From contig VBMB01000136.1 of assembly GCA_005878525.1 (NCBI GenBank), positions 14,120 through 62,048 of the forward strand: 47,929 nt of DNA, in the 5' to 3' direction. Of the stretch, positions 34,308-43,316 are shown piece by piece (the first letter of the stretch is position 1; every line of letters starts with the position of its first letter). The position numbers and the translations under genes are program-made. Source of the stretch: Methanobacteriota archaeon. GTDB lineage: Archaea; Thermoplasmatota; Thermoplasmata; RBG-16-68-12. The notes below the pieces were generated by a model. The model saw only the letters and a program-made list of their open reading frames with translations. It was not told the DNA's origin and ran no database searches.

Positions 34308-37300
34308 GTGCGCGCCGTCGCATCTCGCGATCCCGAGGCACAGGCCCGCCGCCTGCGCGTCCGAAGGAGGCACGGCCACACGGCCCTTCTCGTCGTTCGT
34401 GTTTTCGTGACGCTTGCGCTCGCGATGTTCCTCCTCGTCCAACTGCCTTCTCCCGGCCCGCGCCCGGCCGTGCCCGCGGCCGTCCCAATCAGTAGCCCCG
34501 TGACGTTCCGCACCGATGCGACCGAGGCGGAAATTACCGCAGCCGGTGCCCATCTCCTCGAATCGTACGCATCGTTCGCCGTTGCGCGCGGCTCCGAACG
34601 AACCCTCGCGCTCCTCCGTTCACACGGACGATACGCAATGCCGTTCGCGCGCGCATCGGAGCTCCAATTCGCAGCGGGGGCCGTAGATGTGGCGGCGCTC
34701 CCGTCTCCCTCGACATGGTGGTCCGAAGATTCTCGCGGGATGAGCGTCGGTGTCGTCCACTTCGATGCACCGATCAAGTCGGCGTGGCAGGACGAGCTGG
34801 CGTCACGCGGCCTCGCGCTTCTTCGATACGTCCCGCAAGACGGGTTCGTGGTCCGTGGTCGGCCGTCGGATCTCCGAGGTGCGTCCTCCCTGCCATACGT
34901 AGACTGGGTGGGGCCCTACGAAGCCGCTTGGAAGATTCGCCCGGGGACGCCGACCACCGGCGTCGTGAACGTTCGGATCGTCGTCCTCCCGGGAGAAAGT
35001 CCCGAGACGGTTGAAGCCTGGCTCGGCCATGCGGGAATCCCGGCGGACAACGGGGCGGGAATGGGGCCGGGCCTCCTGGGCGCGTTCGGAACCGGAGACT
35101 TCCGATGGGTCCTCGCTCGAATTCCCGCGGGGCTCGTCTCCCCGCTCGCGGACCAGGGCGCGGTCGAGTTCATCGATCCGGTCCAGCCGGTCCATCCTTG
35201 GAACGCAGAAACGGACTGGGTGATCCAGACGAACGTCACCGGGAACGACCGGTATTGGAGCTACGGCCTTGACGGGACCGGACAGGTGATCGGGATGGCC
35301 GACACCGGCCTCGACTATGACGGCCCGCCGTTCCGACAGAGTGCCGCGGCGATCACGCTCGGGGACATCTACAACACGACAGACTCGGCCCGACGCAAGG
35401 TCGTACGGTACGTGAATATGGGCGTCCTCTCGGGAGCGCTCACGTGGCCGGGAGGCGGCGGCCCCTGGGATCCGTTCTCGATCAAGGACTGCGCGAACGG
35501 CCACGGGACCGGAGTCGCATCGACCTTGGCGGGGAACGATAACGGAATCGGCGCTTCGCCGAACGAAGGGAACGCCTTGGGCGCGAAAATCTACCTTCAA
35601 GACATCGGCGGTTTCCAAGGCCTCGCGATTTGTCCGAACGAGGGACTCATCTACATCCCGGAGAACTACAACGATCTCTTCGGCCCAGCCGGGCTCGTCT
35701 ACAACGATCCGGCGGCGCCGGTCCGGATTCACAGCGATAGCTGGGGTGCGGACACGAACGTGTACGACGTCCAGGCGCGGATGGTCGACGCGTTCGTCTG
35801 GGCTCATCCGGACATGACGATCGTCTTCGCCGCCGGGAATGCCGGCAGCAACGCCGGGACGATCGGAACGCCGGCGACCGCGAAGGATGTGGTCGCCGTC
35901 GGCGGAGCGTACAACCCGGACACCGCCGGAGGCTTGGATCAGAACGACTTGGCGCCGCAAGCAAGCCGCGGGCCGACCACCGACGGACGGATCAAACCGA
36001 CGATCGTCACGATTTTCGACGGCGACTCCGCGATGTCGGATGGCGACCCGTTGAGCGGGACCGGCCTTGCGGACGCGCACTGGGCGGGGACGAGTTACTC
36101 GACGCCGGCGGCGGCCGCCGCGGCGGCAATCATCCGCCAGTACTTCGTGGACGGATGGTATCCCTCCGGCGCCCCGATCGCGAACAACTCGATGAACCCG
36201 AGCGCCGCGCTCATCCGCGCGATCCTCATTGCGTCCGGACAGCAGGTCACCGGGAGCGGGACCGTCGCTCGGTCTTCGACGGACACCTGGCCGAACAACG
36301 AACAGGGATTCGGGCGAGTCCTCCTGTCGAAGGTCCTTCCGATCTCGGCGGTGGGAGACACATTTCGAACGCAGGTGGTCGATGGGACCGCGGGACTGCT
36401 CGCCGGGGACGACGCCGCGTACACGTTCCGCGTGAGCTCCGCGGGCCCCGCGAAATTCGTCCTGACATGGAGCGATTACCCCGGGACGATCGGAGCGACC
36501 AAGGCCCTCGTGAACGACCTGGACCTCGAGGTGACCGCGCCGGGAGGGACCGTGTACCGGGGGAACCATTTCGCGCCGTTCGCGCAGGGCCAGTCCCTGC
36601 CCGGCGGGACGTTCGACACGACGAACGTCGAAGAGGCGGTGATCCTGAAGAGCGCGATGGCAGGGGACTGGTCGGTCCGGGTGATCGGATCCAATGTCCC
36701 TGTAGGCCCGCAGCCGTTCGCGCTCGTTACGACGGGCAACTTGGACACCTCCTACAGTCGGCTGACACTGGACCGGGTCGTGTACTCGGAGGCGGACAGG
36801 ATCCGCATTTCGGTGGACGACTCCGACGCGACGTCAGTCATCGCGCACGTCTCCTCGAATATCGAGCCGGCGGGAGAGAACGTCACGCTGACTCGGGGAG
36901 GCCCAGACGAGACCTGGCACGGCTCGATTGCCACCGCGTTCGGGACCGCGACGCCGGACAATGTGCTCCAGGTGCGCGAGGGAGACATCGTCACGGCGGC
37001 GTACCAGGACATCTCGCCCCGGCACACCGCGACGGCGAACGCGAATATCCTCGCGAGCGGCCCGACGATTCACGACGTGACCGTGGTTTCGATCGGCTCG
37101 ACCACGGCGACGGTTCGGTGGACCACGAACGAGCCTGCGACGACGGAAGTGAGATACGGCACGGGCGTCGGCGCGTTGACCTTCGGCGCGAACGCGTCCG
37201 ACCTCCGAACGGCGCACACGATTACACTGACGCGTCTCCGCCCCGAGACGCTCTACTATCTCGAGGTCACCTCCCGCGGACGGCTCGCGAACGCGACCAC

Positions 37301-37973
37301 GGACACGAACGATGGGACCGAATACCAGTTCCAAACGTCGCGGATGGGCGACGTCCTTCTCGTTGTGGGCGGGAGCTCGTTCCCTCCCGAGCGTGAAGCC
37401 TCGTACGCCGCCGCGTTCGACGAGGACGGATGGACGTGGTCCTTGTGGCGCGTCGCGGAGCTCGGGCTTCCTCCCCTCGGAGTCCTGCAAACCCGTCGCG
37501 CGGTGATCTGGCAGGTCGGACTGGAGCAGTACCCGCCGTTCAATGCGTCCGCGAGAGCGTTGGTGCAGAGCTATCTGGACGGTGGCGGGCGACTGATCGT
37601 CTCCTCTCACGACGCCGCGTGGGCCCTCGGAGGTTCGTCATCCCCGTTCGCGACCGCCGAAACGGAGTCCTGGGTCCGGGCGGTGCTCAAGGCGACGTTT
37701 GTGTGCGACCCTCTGACAATCGGTCAAGCGAAGGGCGTTTCCTCGGACCCGATCAGCGGTTCGTATGCGGGAGGCGTCCTCTACACGCCCCACCGGGACG
37801 GAGGGGCCGACGACCAGCTCTCTCCGAGTGCGGCGGGCGGGACGACTTTGACGGATTGGACGGACGGTCTGGTCCAAAGTCCGTCCGGGGGGCCGTTGTG
37901 TGCCCAAAATCAGCCGATCGGACTTCGTTGGGTCTCCTCGTCGCCAAACGGCACCGCTGGCCAAGGCGTGTAG
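34308..37973 (+). CDS. secreted subtilisin-like (S8) serine protease with FN3-like and GATase1/ThuA-like modules; ends at an in-frame TAG
   Basis: Signal/TM 'ALLVVRVFVTLALAMFLLVQLP'. Catalytic triad blocks 'GMADTGLDYDG', 'HGTGVASTLAGN' and 'GTSYSTPAAAAAAAII'. FN3-like 'TATVRWTTNEPATTEVRYG'. The GTG 34308 start is tentative (TTG 34290 is possible). Confidence 0.8.
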   Translation: MRAVASRDPEAQARRLRVRRRHGHTALLVVRVFVTLALAMFLLVQLPSPGPRPAVPAAVPISSPVTFRTDATEAEITAAGAHLLESYASFAVARGSERTLALLRSHGRYAMPFARASELQFAAGAVDVAALPSPSTWWSEDSRGMSVGVVHFDAPIKSAWQDELASRGLALLRYVPQDGFVVRGRPSDLRGASSLPYVDWVGPYEAAWKIRPGTPTTGVVNVRIVVLPGESPETVEAWLGHAGIPADNGAGMGPGLLGAFGTGDFRWVLARIPAGLVSPLADQGAVEFIDPVQPVHPWNAETDWVIQTNVTGNDRYWSYGLDGTGQVIGMADTGLDYDGPPFRQSAAAITLGDIYNTTDSARRKVVRYVNMGVLSGALTWPGGGGPWDPFSIKDCANGHGTGVASTLAGNDNGIGASPNEGNALGAKIYLQDIGGFQGLAICPNEGLIYIPENYNDLFGPAGLVYNDPAAPVRIHSDSWGADTNVYDVQARMVDAFVWAHPDMTIVFAAGNAGSNAGTIGTPATAKDVVAVGGAYNPDTAGGLDQNDLAPQASRGPTTDGRIKPTIVTIFDGDSAMSDGDPLSGTGLADAHWAGTSYSTPAAAAAAAIIRQYFVDGWYPSGAPIANNSMNPSAALIRAILIASGQQVTGSGTVARSSTDTWPNNEQGFGRVLLSKVLPISAVGDTFRTQVVDGTAGLLAGDDAAYTFRVSSAGPAKFVLTWSDYPGTIGATKALVNDLDLEVTAPGGTVYRGNHFAPFAQGQSLPGGTFDTTNVEEAVILKSAMAGDWSVRVIGSNVPVGPQPFALVTTGNLDTSYSRLTLDRVVYSEADRIRISVDDSDATSVIAHVSSNIEPAGENVTLTRGGPDETWHGSIATAFGTATPDNVLQVREGDIVTAAYQDISPRHTATANANILASGPTIHDVTVVSIGSTTATVRWTTNEPATTEVRYGTGVGALTFGANASDLRTAHTITLTRLRPETLYYLEVTSRGRLANATTDTNDGTEYQFQTSRMGDVLLVVGGSSFPPEREASYAAAFDEDGWTWSLWRVAELGLPPLGVLQTRRAVIWQVGLEQYPPFNASARALVQSYLDGGGRLIVSSHDAAWALGGSSSPFATAETESWVRAVLKATFVCDPLTIGQAKGVSSDPISGSYAGGVLYTPHRDGGADDQLSPSAAGGTTLTDWTDGLVQSPSGGPLCAQNQPIGLRWVSSSPNGTAGQGV

Positions 37974-39398
37974 GGCGGGACTCCATCGCCCCTCGCATAC
38001 TTCGCCTTCGATGTCACCGGGATTGACTCGACGGCAACGAACCTGAACCCAACGAGCCCGACCCGCGCGGCGATCCTCGATGCAGCTCTCCGCTGGCTCG
38101 CGAGTGTGTCGACCGCAGCACTGGATCGCGACCACCCGGACGTGAACGTCACCGCGCCGAACGGTGGCGTCTTCTCGGGCCCGTCGATCCAGCTCCTATG
38201 GACTGCGACGGCGTACGGGGCGGGCGTAGCGATCTCAAATTTCACGTTGTCCTTCAGCGAGGATGGCGGTGTGACCTGGAATCCGATAGTCGGCTTGCCG
38301 GGCTCCGCGCGATCGTACATGTGGGATGTCAACGCGCTCCCGAACGGACCGCGCTACCTGGTCCGCATCGCGACCCAGGACGACGGAACACCTTCCCTGG
38401 GTGGCTCCGACGTCACGGACGGGACGTTCTCGCTTGCCCGCCCGGGGGGTGATACGGAGGGACCAACCTTGTGGGCCGGAAGCGTTCGCGTGAGCCCGAG
38501 ACCGCCGGGAACCGGGTACCTCGCGACCTTCCGGGCGACGGCGGACGACCGGACCCGCGGCGGGAGCGCAGTCGCGGCGGCGGAGCTGTTCCTACAAATC
38601 GCACCGCCCAACCCGGTGGACTCGGGGATGGGCCTCCCGATGGGTGCAACGGACGGCAGCTTCGATGGCTCCGTCGAAAATATGTCATGGCTCGGGCGCC
38701 TAACGTTGCCGGAGGGCAATACGTGCGTGTGGGTTCACGCGCGCGACGGCCCAGGGAATTGGGGTCCTTTCATGGCCTCTTGCTTCGTCGTGATCAATGC
38801 GACGAACCAGCCGCCGACCGTTTCGATTGTATCTCCCGCGCAAGACCAGGCGTTCCCGGCGTCCTCGACGATCACGTTCACCTGGACGATGTCGGATGAC
38901 CTGCTCTATCCGGCGCAACTGCTAGTGTGGGCCAACGTGACGATGAACAATGCGACGACTCCGCTGCTTGTGGCATCGTCGGGCGCGACCTCCGCGGTGT
39001 GGACGGCGCCGGATCTCGCCGTGGACCGGGTTGTGTTCCACCTGGACGTCGTCGATTCGTCCGGCTTGCGGGGGTCAGCCGAACGTACGTTTAGCTTGAC
39101 CCGCGAATCTCCTCCGCCACCGCGGTCTCCGCTCGTGTTCATTGTTGCTGCGCTGATTGTGGTGGTCCCCATAGCCTTTCTCCTCATCGGGTTCCTACTC
39201 GATCGCCGGAGGAAGGCGAAGCAGCCGCCCCGGACGATGTACGTGCAGTCGCTCCCGCCGCCACCCATCGGCGCCGCCTCGGCATTCGCCGCCGCGACAA
39301 AAGTGTGCCCGCAATGTCACACGACGGTCAACGCAGCCGACGTGACGTGCTTCTTCTGTGGCCACCGATTTCCCGGTGAAGCCCGACCACCCATGTGA
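37974..39398 (+). CDS. same-frame continuation of the S8 surface protease (Ig-like modules, TM anchor, cytoplasmic zinc ribbon); first start codon is GTG 38106
   Basis: The frame is the same as 34308-37973, with no further stop between 37974 and 38106. 'FTLSFSEDGGVTWNPIV' Ig-like modules, TM 'LVFIVAALIVVVPIAFLLIGFLL', then 'CPQCHTTVNAADVTCFFCGHRF'. No signal peptide of its own. Confidence 0.6.
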   Translation, partial: GGTPSPLAYFAFDVTGIDSTATNLNPTSPTRAAILDAALRWLASVSTAALDRDHPDVNVTAPNGGVFSGPSIQLLWTATAYGAGVAISNFTLSFSEDGGVTWNPIVGLPGSARSYMWDVNALPNGPRYLVRIATQDDGTPSLGGSDVTDGTFSLARPGGDTEGPTLWAGSVRVSPRPPGTGYLATFRATADDRTRGGSAVAAAELFLQIAPPNPVDSGMGLPMGATDGSFDGSVENMSWLGRLTLPEGNTCVWVHARDGPGNWGPFMASCFVVINATNQPPTVSIVSPAQDQAFPASSTITFTWTMSDDLLYPAQLLVWANVTMNNATTPLLVASSGATSAVWTAPDLAVDRVVFHLDVVDSSGLRGSAERTFSLTRESPPPPRSPLVFIVAALIVVVPIAFLLIGFLLDRRRKAKQPPRTMYVQSLPPPPIGAASAFAAATKVCPQCHTTVNAADVTCFFCGHRFPGEARPPM

Positions 39399-39422
39399 GG
39401 AGACTGCCGGGCCCTTCCTGAC

Positions 39423-39896
39423 TCAGCGTTCGTCGATTTCGAATACGTCGGATTCCGGGATCGCATGATAGAACAAGGACTGTTCGATCTCCTTCTCTTT
39501 CGACATCTCCCGATCGATCCGCTCCCTCCATCCGGGCTTCAGGGCGACCCGCAGGCGCCGTCCCTCTTTCTCGAACGTGACCGCCGGATCCGTGGCAGAC
39601 TCGAGGCCGATGTTCCCCTTCCCCATCGTGCAACCGCTTGAGAATTGGATCCCGTCGAGCACGCAGCGCATCGGCGGCTCGAGCCGGCTCTCCACGAGCG
39701 CGCGCAGACCCTTGTAGTGTCCGAATCGCCTCTTCCCGATTTCACCCATTCGGAGGCCGAGGGTAACATAAACGCCCAAGTGACCGTGGAAGCGCTGGAG
39801 ATCGGCGAGTTCCTCGGGGAGCTCCATGGCGGGACGAAGGCTACGCACGCGCAAGAACCTTCGTGCACTTTCGGGATCAATCGCACTTTCGGCCAC
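39423..39896 (-). CDS. FmdE/FwdE-family domain protein
   Basis: 'FHGHLGVYVTLGLRMG' and 'CVLDGIQFSSGCTMGKGN' are hallmark FwdE blocks. An alternative start is ATG 39827. Confidence 0.8.
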   Translation of the reverse strand: MAESAIDPESARRFLRVRSLRPAMELPEELADLQRFHGHLGVYVTLGLRMGEIGKRRFGHYKGLRALVESRLEPPMRCVLDGIQFSSGCTMGKGNIGLESATDPAVTFEKEGRRLRVALKPGWRERIDREMSKEKEIEQSLFYHAIPESDVFEIDER

Positions 39897-39953
39897 CCCT
39901 CCCCTTCGTCCCTTTTAGGCGAACCGCGTCTACGCCCCAAAGGGGCAAAGGCC

Positions 39954-40100
39954 TTGAGCGTCTCTTCCATCGACGGCGAAGCGACATCCGCCGAGATCCA
40001 CAGCGGTCTCCAAATCAGGTGTCCCGAATGCCGCGCGGCCCTCCAGCACGTGGACGGCTGCACTCGATGTGGTGTGTGCGGGTACTCGCAATGCGAGTGA
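39954..40100 (+). CDS. possible 48-aa zinc-ribbon protein
   Basis: TTG start. 'RCPECRAALQHVDGCTRCGVCGYSQC' has CxxC...CxxCxxC. The TATA-like 'CCTTTTAGG' is ~35 nt upstream. Weak. Confidence 0.3.
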   Translation: MSVSSIDGEATSAEIHSGLQIRCPECRAALQHVDGCTRCGVCGYSQCE

Positions 40101-40191
40101 ATCTGCGCGACGCGCGTTTGTTCCAGTGGAAATGGTCCGACCTATACTCACGCTTAAGAGATGGACCAGTGGAAGGGGGACTCAAAACGAT

Positions 40192-42342
40192 ATGACCATT
40201 CCCGATGCTGCGCCGTTTCCGAGCCGGGGGAAGGAAGTGCTCGTCGAGTTTCCGCAGGATGAGCTGATCGCGAAGTGGGAGGAGTTCTTCGAGGAGATGG
40301 GTTACCTCTCGAAGATCATCGCGGTGGCGGACCGCTATCCCGAGTCGCGGAGCCTCGAAGCTTCGTTCCTGGACCTGAACCGCTTCGACACGGACATGGC
40401 GATCTATCTCTTGCGGCACCCACTGAACGTCCTGATGGCGGGCGAGGAAGCGATTCGTCGCCTCGTGCCGCCCGGAGAAGAGGCCCCCCAGATCCACCTC
40501 CGGATCAGCGGCCTCCCCCGGGACCGCCGAGTGCAGATTCGGGATCTGCGGGCGAAGCATCTCGGCCAATACATCTCGGTCGAAGGCCTGGTTCGCAAGA
40601 GCACGGAAGTGCGTCCCAAGGTCGTGGGGGCTCTGTTCCAGTGCCTGCGCTGCGGGACGATCATCAAGGAAGAGCAAGACGGCCAGACGTTCCGAGAGCC
40701 CCTCGAGTGTTACGAGGAACAGGGGGGTTGCAAGCGCTCTGCGAGTGCGACGAAGTTCAAACTCTTGACGGAGACGTCGCTGTACCTGGACACGCAAAAG
40801 ATCGAAGTCCAAGAATCGCCGGAGGGCCTGCGGGGCGGCGAGGAGCCGCAGCGGCTCAGCGCCTACGTCGAAGACGACTTGACGGGTCGCATCACACCCG
40901 GGCAGCGCGTGATCTTGAACGGCGTGCTCCGGAGCGTCCAGCGCGGACGACCGGGGCAGCGCTCGACTCTCTTCGACATCTTCGTGGACGTCAACTCGGT
41001 CGAGATGGAACGGGTCGAGTTCGAGGAGATCGAGGTGACGGAGGAGGACGCCCACCGGATCCGGGAGATCGGATCGAGCCCCGATATCTTCCGGTTGATC
41101 ACCGCGTCGATCGCGCCCTCGATCTATGGGATGCACGTGGAGAAGGAGGCCCTCGCCCTCCAGCTGTTTGGCGGGGTCGCGAAGATCATGCCCGACGGGC
41201 GGCGGATCCGCGGAGATATCCATCTGATCCTGGTCGGAGATCCGGGAACGGGCAAGAGCGAGCTCTTGTCCTACATGATCCGGCTCTCCCCCCGCGGAAT
41301 CTACGCGACGGGGAAGGCCGCTTCGGCGGCGGGCCTGACCGCAGCCGCCGTCCGGGACGAATTCGGCGAGGGCCGATGGACCCTCGAAGCGGGAGCCTTG
41401 GTCCTTGCCGATCTCGGGCTCGCCGCCATCGACGAAATCGAGAAAATGAATCCACAAGACCGGTCGGCGATCCACGAAGCGATGGAGCAGCAGCGGATCA
41501 GCGTCGCGAAGGCAGGCATCACGGCCGTCCTCCAATCCCGGTGCGCGATCCTCGCCGCCGCGAACCCGAAGTTCGGCCGGTTCGACGAGCACAAGTACAT
41601 CTCCGAGCAAATCGACTTGCCGCCCGCGCTGCTCAGCCGGTTCGACATCATCTTCTCGATCATAGATCGCCCGCAGACGGACCGCGACCGCGAGCTCGCG
41701 GAGCACATCCTCAAAGGACACAAGGTTGGAGAGATCCGGCGGCGACGCGAGGCGGGCTTCGCCGTGGAAGAGTCGACGCTCCTCGAGGAACCCTTCACGC
41801 CCCATTTCGACCCGGACTTCTTCCGTAAGTACGTCGCCTATGCGAAGCGCATTTACCCGGTGATGACGGACGAGGCGATGGAGATCATCGAAAAGAAGTA
41901 CTTGGAGATCCGGAAGACCGGGGAGGCCGCGGGCTCCAGCGTGCCCATCACCCCGCGGCAGTTGGAGGCGATCATCCGGCTCTCGGAGGCCGGCGCTCGG
42001 CTCCGGTTGAGCGAGGCGGTCGACGCGGAAGACGCGGAGCGTGCGGTACGGATCGTCGAGTACTGGATGGGCAAAGTCGCCGGCGAGGAAGGGCGCTTCG
42101 ACATCGACATCATCCAGACCGGGATCAGCCAGTCGCAACGCGAGCAGATCATCTCGATCCGCGACATCATCAACGAGCTCGCGGGCCCCGAAGGCGTCGC
42201 GGACTACGAGGACATCGTGCGGATCGCGCAGGAGCGTGGTATCCCGCCCGCGAAAGTCGACGCGTGGTTGAAGCGCTGGGCCCAGGAGGGCGAGATTTAT
42301 AGCCCCGCGAAAAACAAGTATAAGCTCGTCGAGCGGTTGTAA
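40192..42342 (+). CDS. mcm: MCM replicative helicase
   Basis: Zn finger 'CLRCG', Walker A 'LILVGDPGTGKSELL', Walker B 'AAIDEIEKM', 'SVAKAGI', Arg finger 'LLSRFDIIF', and a C-terminal wH. At 716 aa there is no intein. Confidence 0.95.
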   Translation: MTIPDAAPFPSRGKEVLVEFPQDELIAKWEEFFEEMGYLSKIIAVADRYPESRSLEASFLDLNRFDTDMAIYLLRHPLNVLMAGEEAIRRLVPPGEEAPQIHLRISGLPRDRRVQIRDLRAKHLGQYISVEGLVRKSTEVRPKVVGALFQCLRCGTIIKEEQDGQTFREPLECYEEQGGCKRSASATKFKLLTETSLYLDTQKIEVQESPEGLRGGEEPQRLSAYVEDDLTGRITPGQRVILNGVLRSVQRGRPGQRSTLFDIFVDVNSVEMERVEFEEIEVTEEDAHRIREIGSSPDIFRLITASIAPSIYGMHVEKEALALQLFGGVAKIMPDGRRIRGDIHLILVGDPGTGKSELLSYMIRLSPRGIYATGKAASAAGLTAAAVRDEFGEGRWTLEAGALVLADLGLAAIDEIEKMNPQDRSAIHEAMEQQRISVAKAGITAVLQSRCAILAAANPKFGRFDEHKYISEQIDLPPALLSRFDIIFSIIDRPQTDRDRELAEHILKGHKVGEIRRRREAGFAVEESTLLEEPFTPHFDPDFFRKYVAYAKRIYPVMTDEAMEIIEKKYLEIRKTGEAAGSSVPITPRQLEAIIRLSEAGARLRLSEAVDAEDAERAVRIVEYWMGKVAGEEGRFDIDIIQTGISQSQREQIISIRDIINELAGPEGVADYEDIVRIAQERGIPPAKVDAWLKRWAQEGEIYSPAKNKYKLVERL

Positions 42343-42356
42343 CCGCGACCTGGCCG

Positions 42357-42653
42357 ATGCCCATCCGCATGAAGGTATACCATCAGGGAAAAGAGACCCT
42401 CGTCGCCGCCGCGGACGCGGACCTGATTGGCAAGACGTTCCGCGAAGGCAAGTTCAAGATCGAGGTCGGCAAGTTCTACGAGGGCGACGTCGTCACGGAG
42501 GAACGATTCGCCTCCGAGCTCCGACTCGCGACGATCGGGAACTTCGTCGGAAAGGAGACGATCGACGCGGCGAAAGAGGCGGGTTTCGTCGCGGACGACG
42601 GAATCCTCTGGATCAACGGCGTGCCCCACGCGCAGTTCGTCTTGATGATCTAG
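42357..42653 (+). CDS. DUF424 domain protein
   Basis: 'MKVYHQGKETLVAAADADLIGKTF.EGK..I.V...FY.G' ... 'INGVPHAQ' follows the archaeal DUF424 pattern. Confidence 0.75.
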   Translation: MPIRMKVYHQGKETLVAAADADLIGKTFREGKFKIEVGKFYEGDVVTEERFASELRLATIGNFVGKETIDAAKEAGFVADDGILWINGVPHAQFVLMI

Positions 42654-43206
42654 CGGGGGGCGTTCGCGAACGCTCATCGGGCTCTGGCTGCGCCTTTCGC
42701 CACCGCCTCCAGACACGTTTGGCATGTTTCTTCAGCAAGAGGGCGTATTGGCCCATTAGCGTGTGGCTCACGATCCCGAAGAGGATCCCCAGCCCGGTCA
42801 GCGAGGTCGTGTACGGGATGATGGCGGTTAGGGGGGTGCCGGTAACCAAGAGGGCTTGGGCGAGTCGGCTGACGAGGCCGATTAGGCTGACCCCGATCCC
42901 CAGGCCGACTAAGAAACGACCTCGGCCCACCCGGCCCCACGAGAAGTGAAGGCCACCGAGGAGGACGAAGACGCCGCCGAAATAGGTCGTGAAGCCTAGG
43001 ATGATTAGGGCCACGATGAGGATGAGAAAGCCCGGATTGTTCAAGGCACCCGACTGCAGGATGTACTTCTCGTAGACGTTCGGGATGTCCTGGTTTACCA
43101 GTTCCCCCGCGAGAAGGAACGAGGATGACAACACGGCGAGCGCAACGGCGTCGCGGTGGCGGATCTGCCGCATGCGCCACCACGAACGGGGCTTCGCCTT
43201 CGCCAT
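42613..43206 (-). CDS. hypothetical polytopic membrane protein
   Basis: Four to five hydrophobic segments ('FLILIVALIILGFTTYFGGVFVLLGGL', 'FLVGLGIGVSLIGLV', 'LTGLGILFGIV'). The convergent 3' end overlaps DUF424 by 41 nt. Confidence 0.5.
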   Translation of the reverse strand: MAKAKPRSWWRMRQIRHRDAVALAVLSSSFLLAGELVNQDIPNVYEKYILQSGALNNPGFLILIVALIILGFTTYFGGVFVLLGGLHFSWGRVGRGRFLVGLGIGVSLIGLVSRLAQALLVTGTPLTAIIPYTTSLTGLGILFGIVSHTLMGQYALLLKKHAKRVWRRWRKAQPEPDERSRTPPARSSRRTARGARR

Positions 43207-43316
43207 CGACAAGAGCGACGCGCCGACGGATACTTATGGCCTTCTCCTCCGGTATCGGGCGCGAGGTCGCCCACGCCAGTTCTTAAGTAGCGCGGTGCCG
43301 TTCGAAAACAGCGAAG

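Noticed and set aside
37971-37973. The in-frame TAG in the protease decoded as pyrrolysine, or a general reassignment of TAG.
   Set aside because: TAG ends several well-conserved genes in this window at the expected position (uppS 547-549, mtnA 11036-11038, radB 44934-44936). No pylS/pylBCD-like genes are visible here. The oxidase genes also argue against a Pyl-using methanogen lifestyle.
40192-42342. Inteins in MCM or RtcB, which I recall as common archaeal intein hosts.
   Set aside because: Both proteins have normal lengths (716 and 486 aa). Their catalytic motifs are contiguous, with no Cys/Ser...HN-bounded insert.
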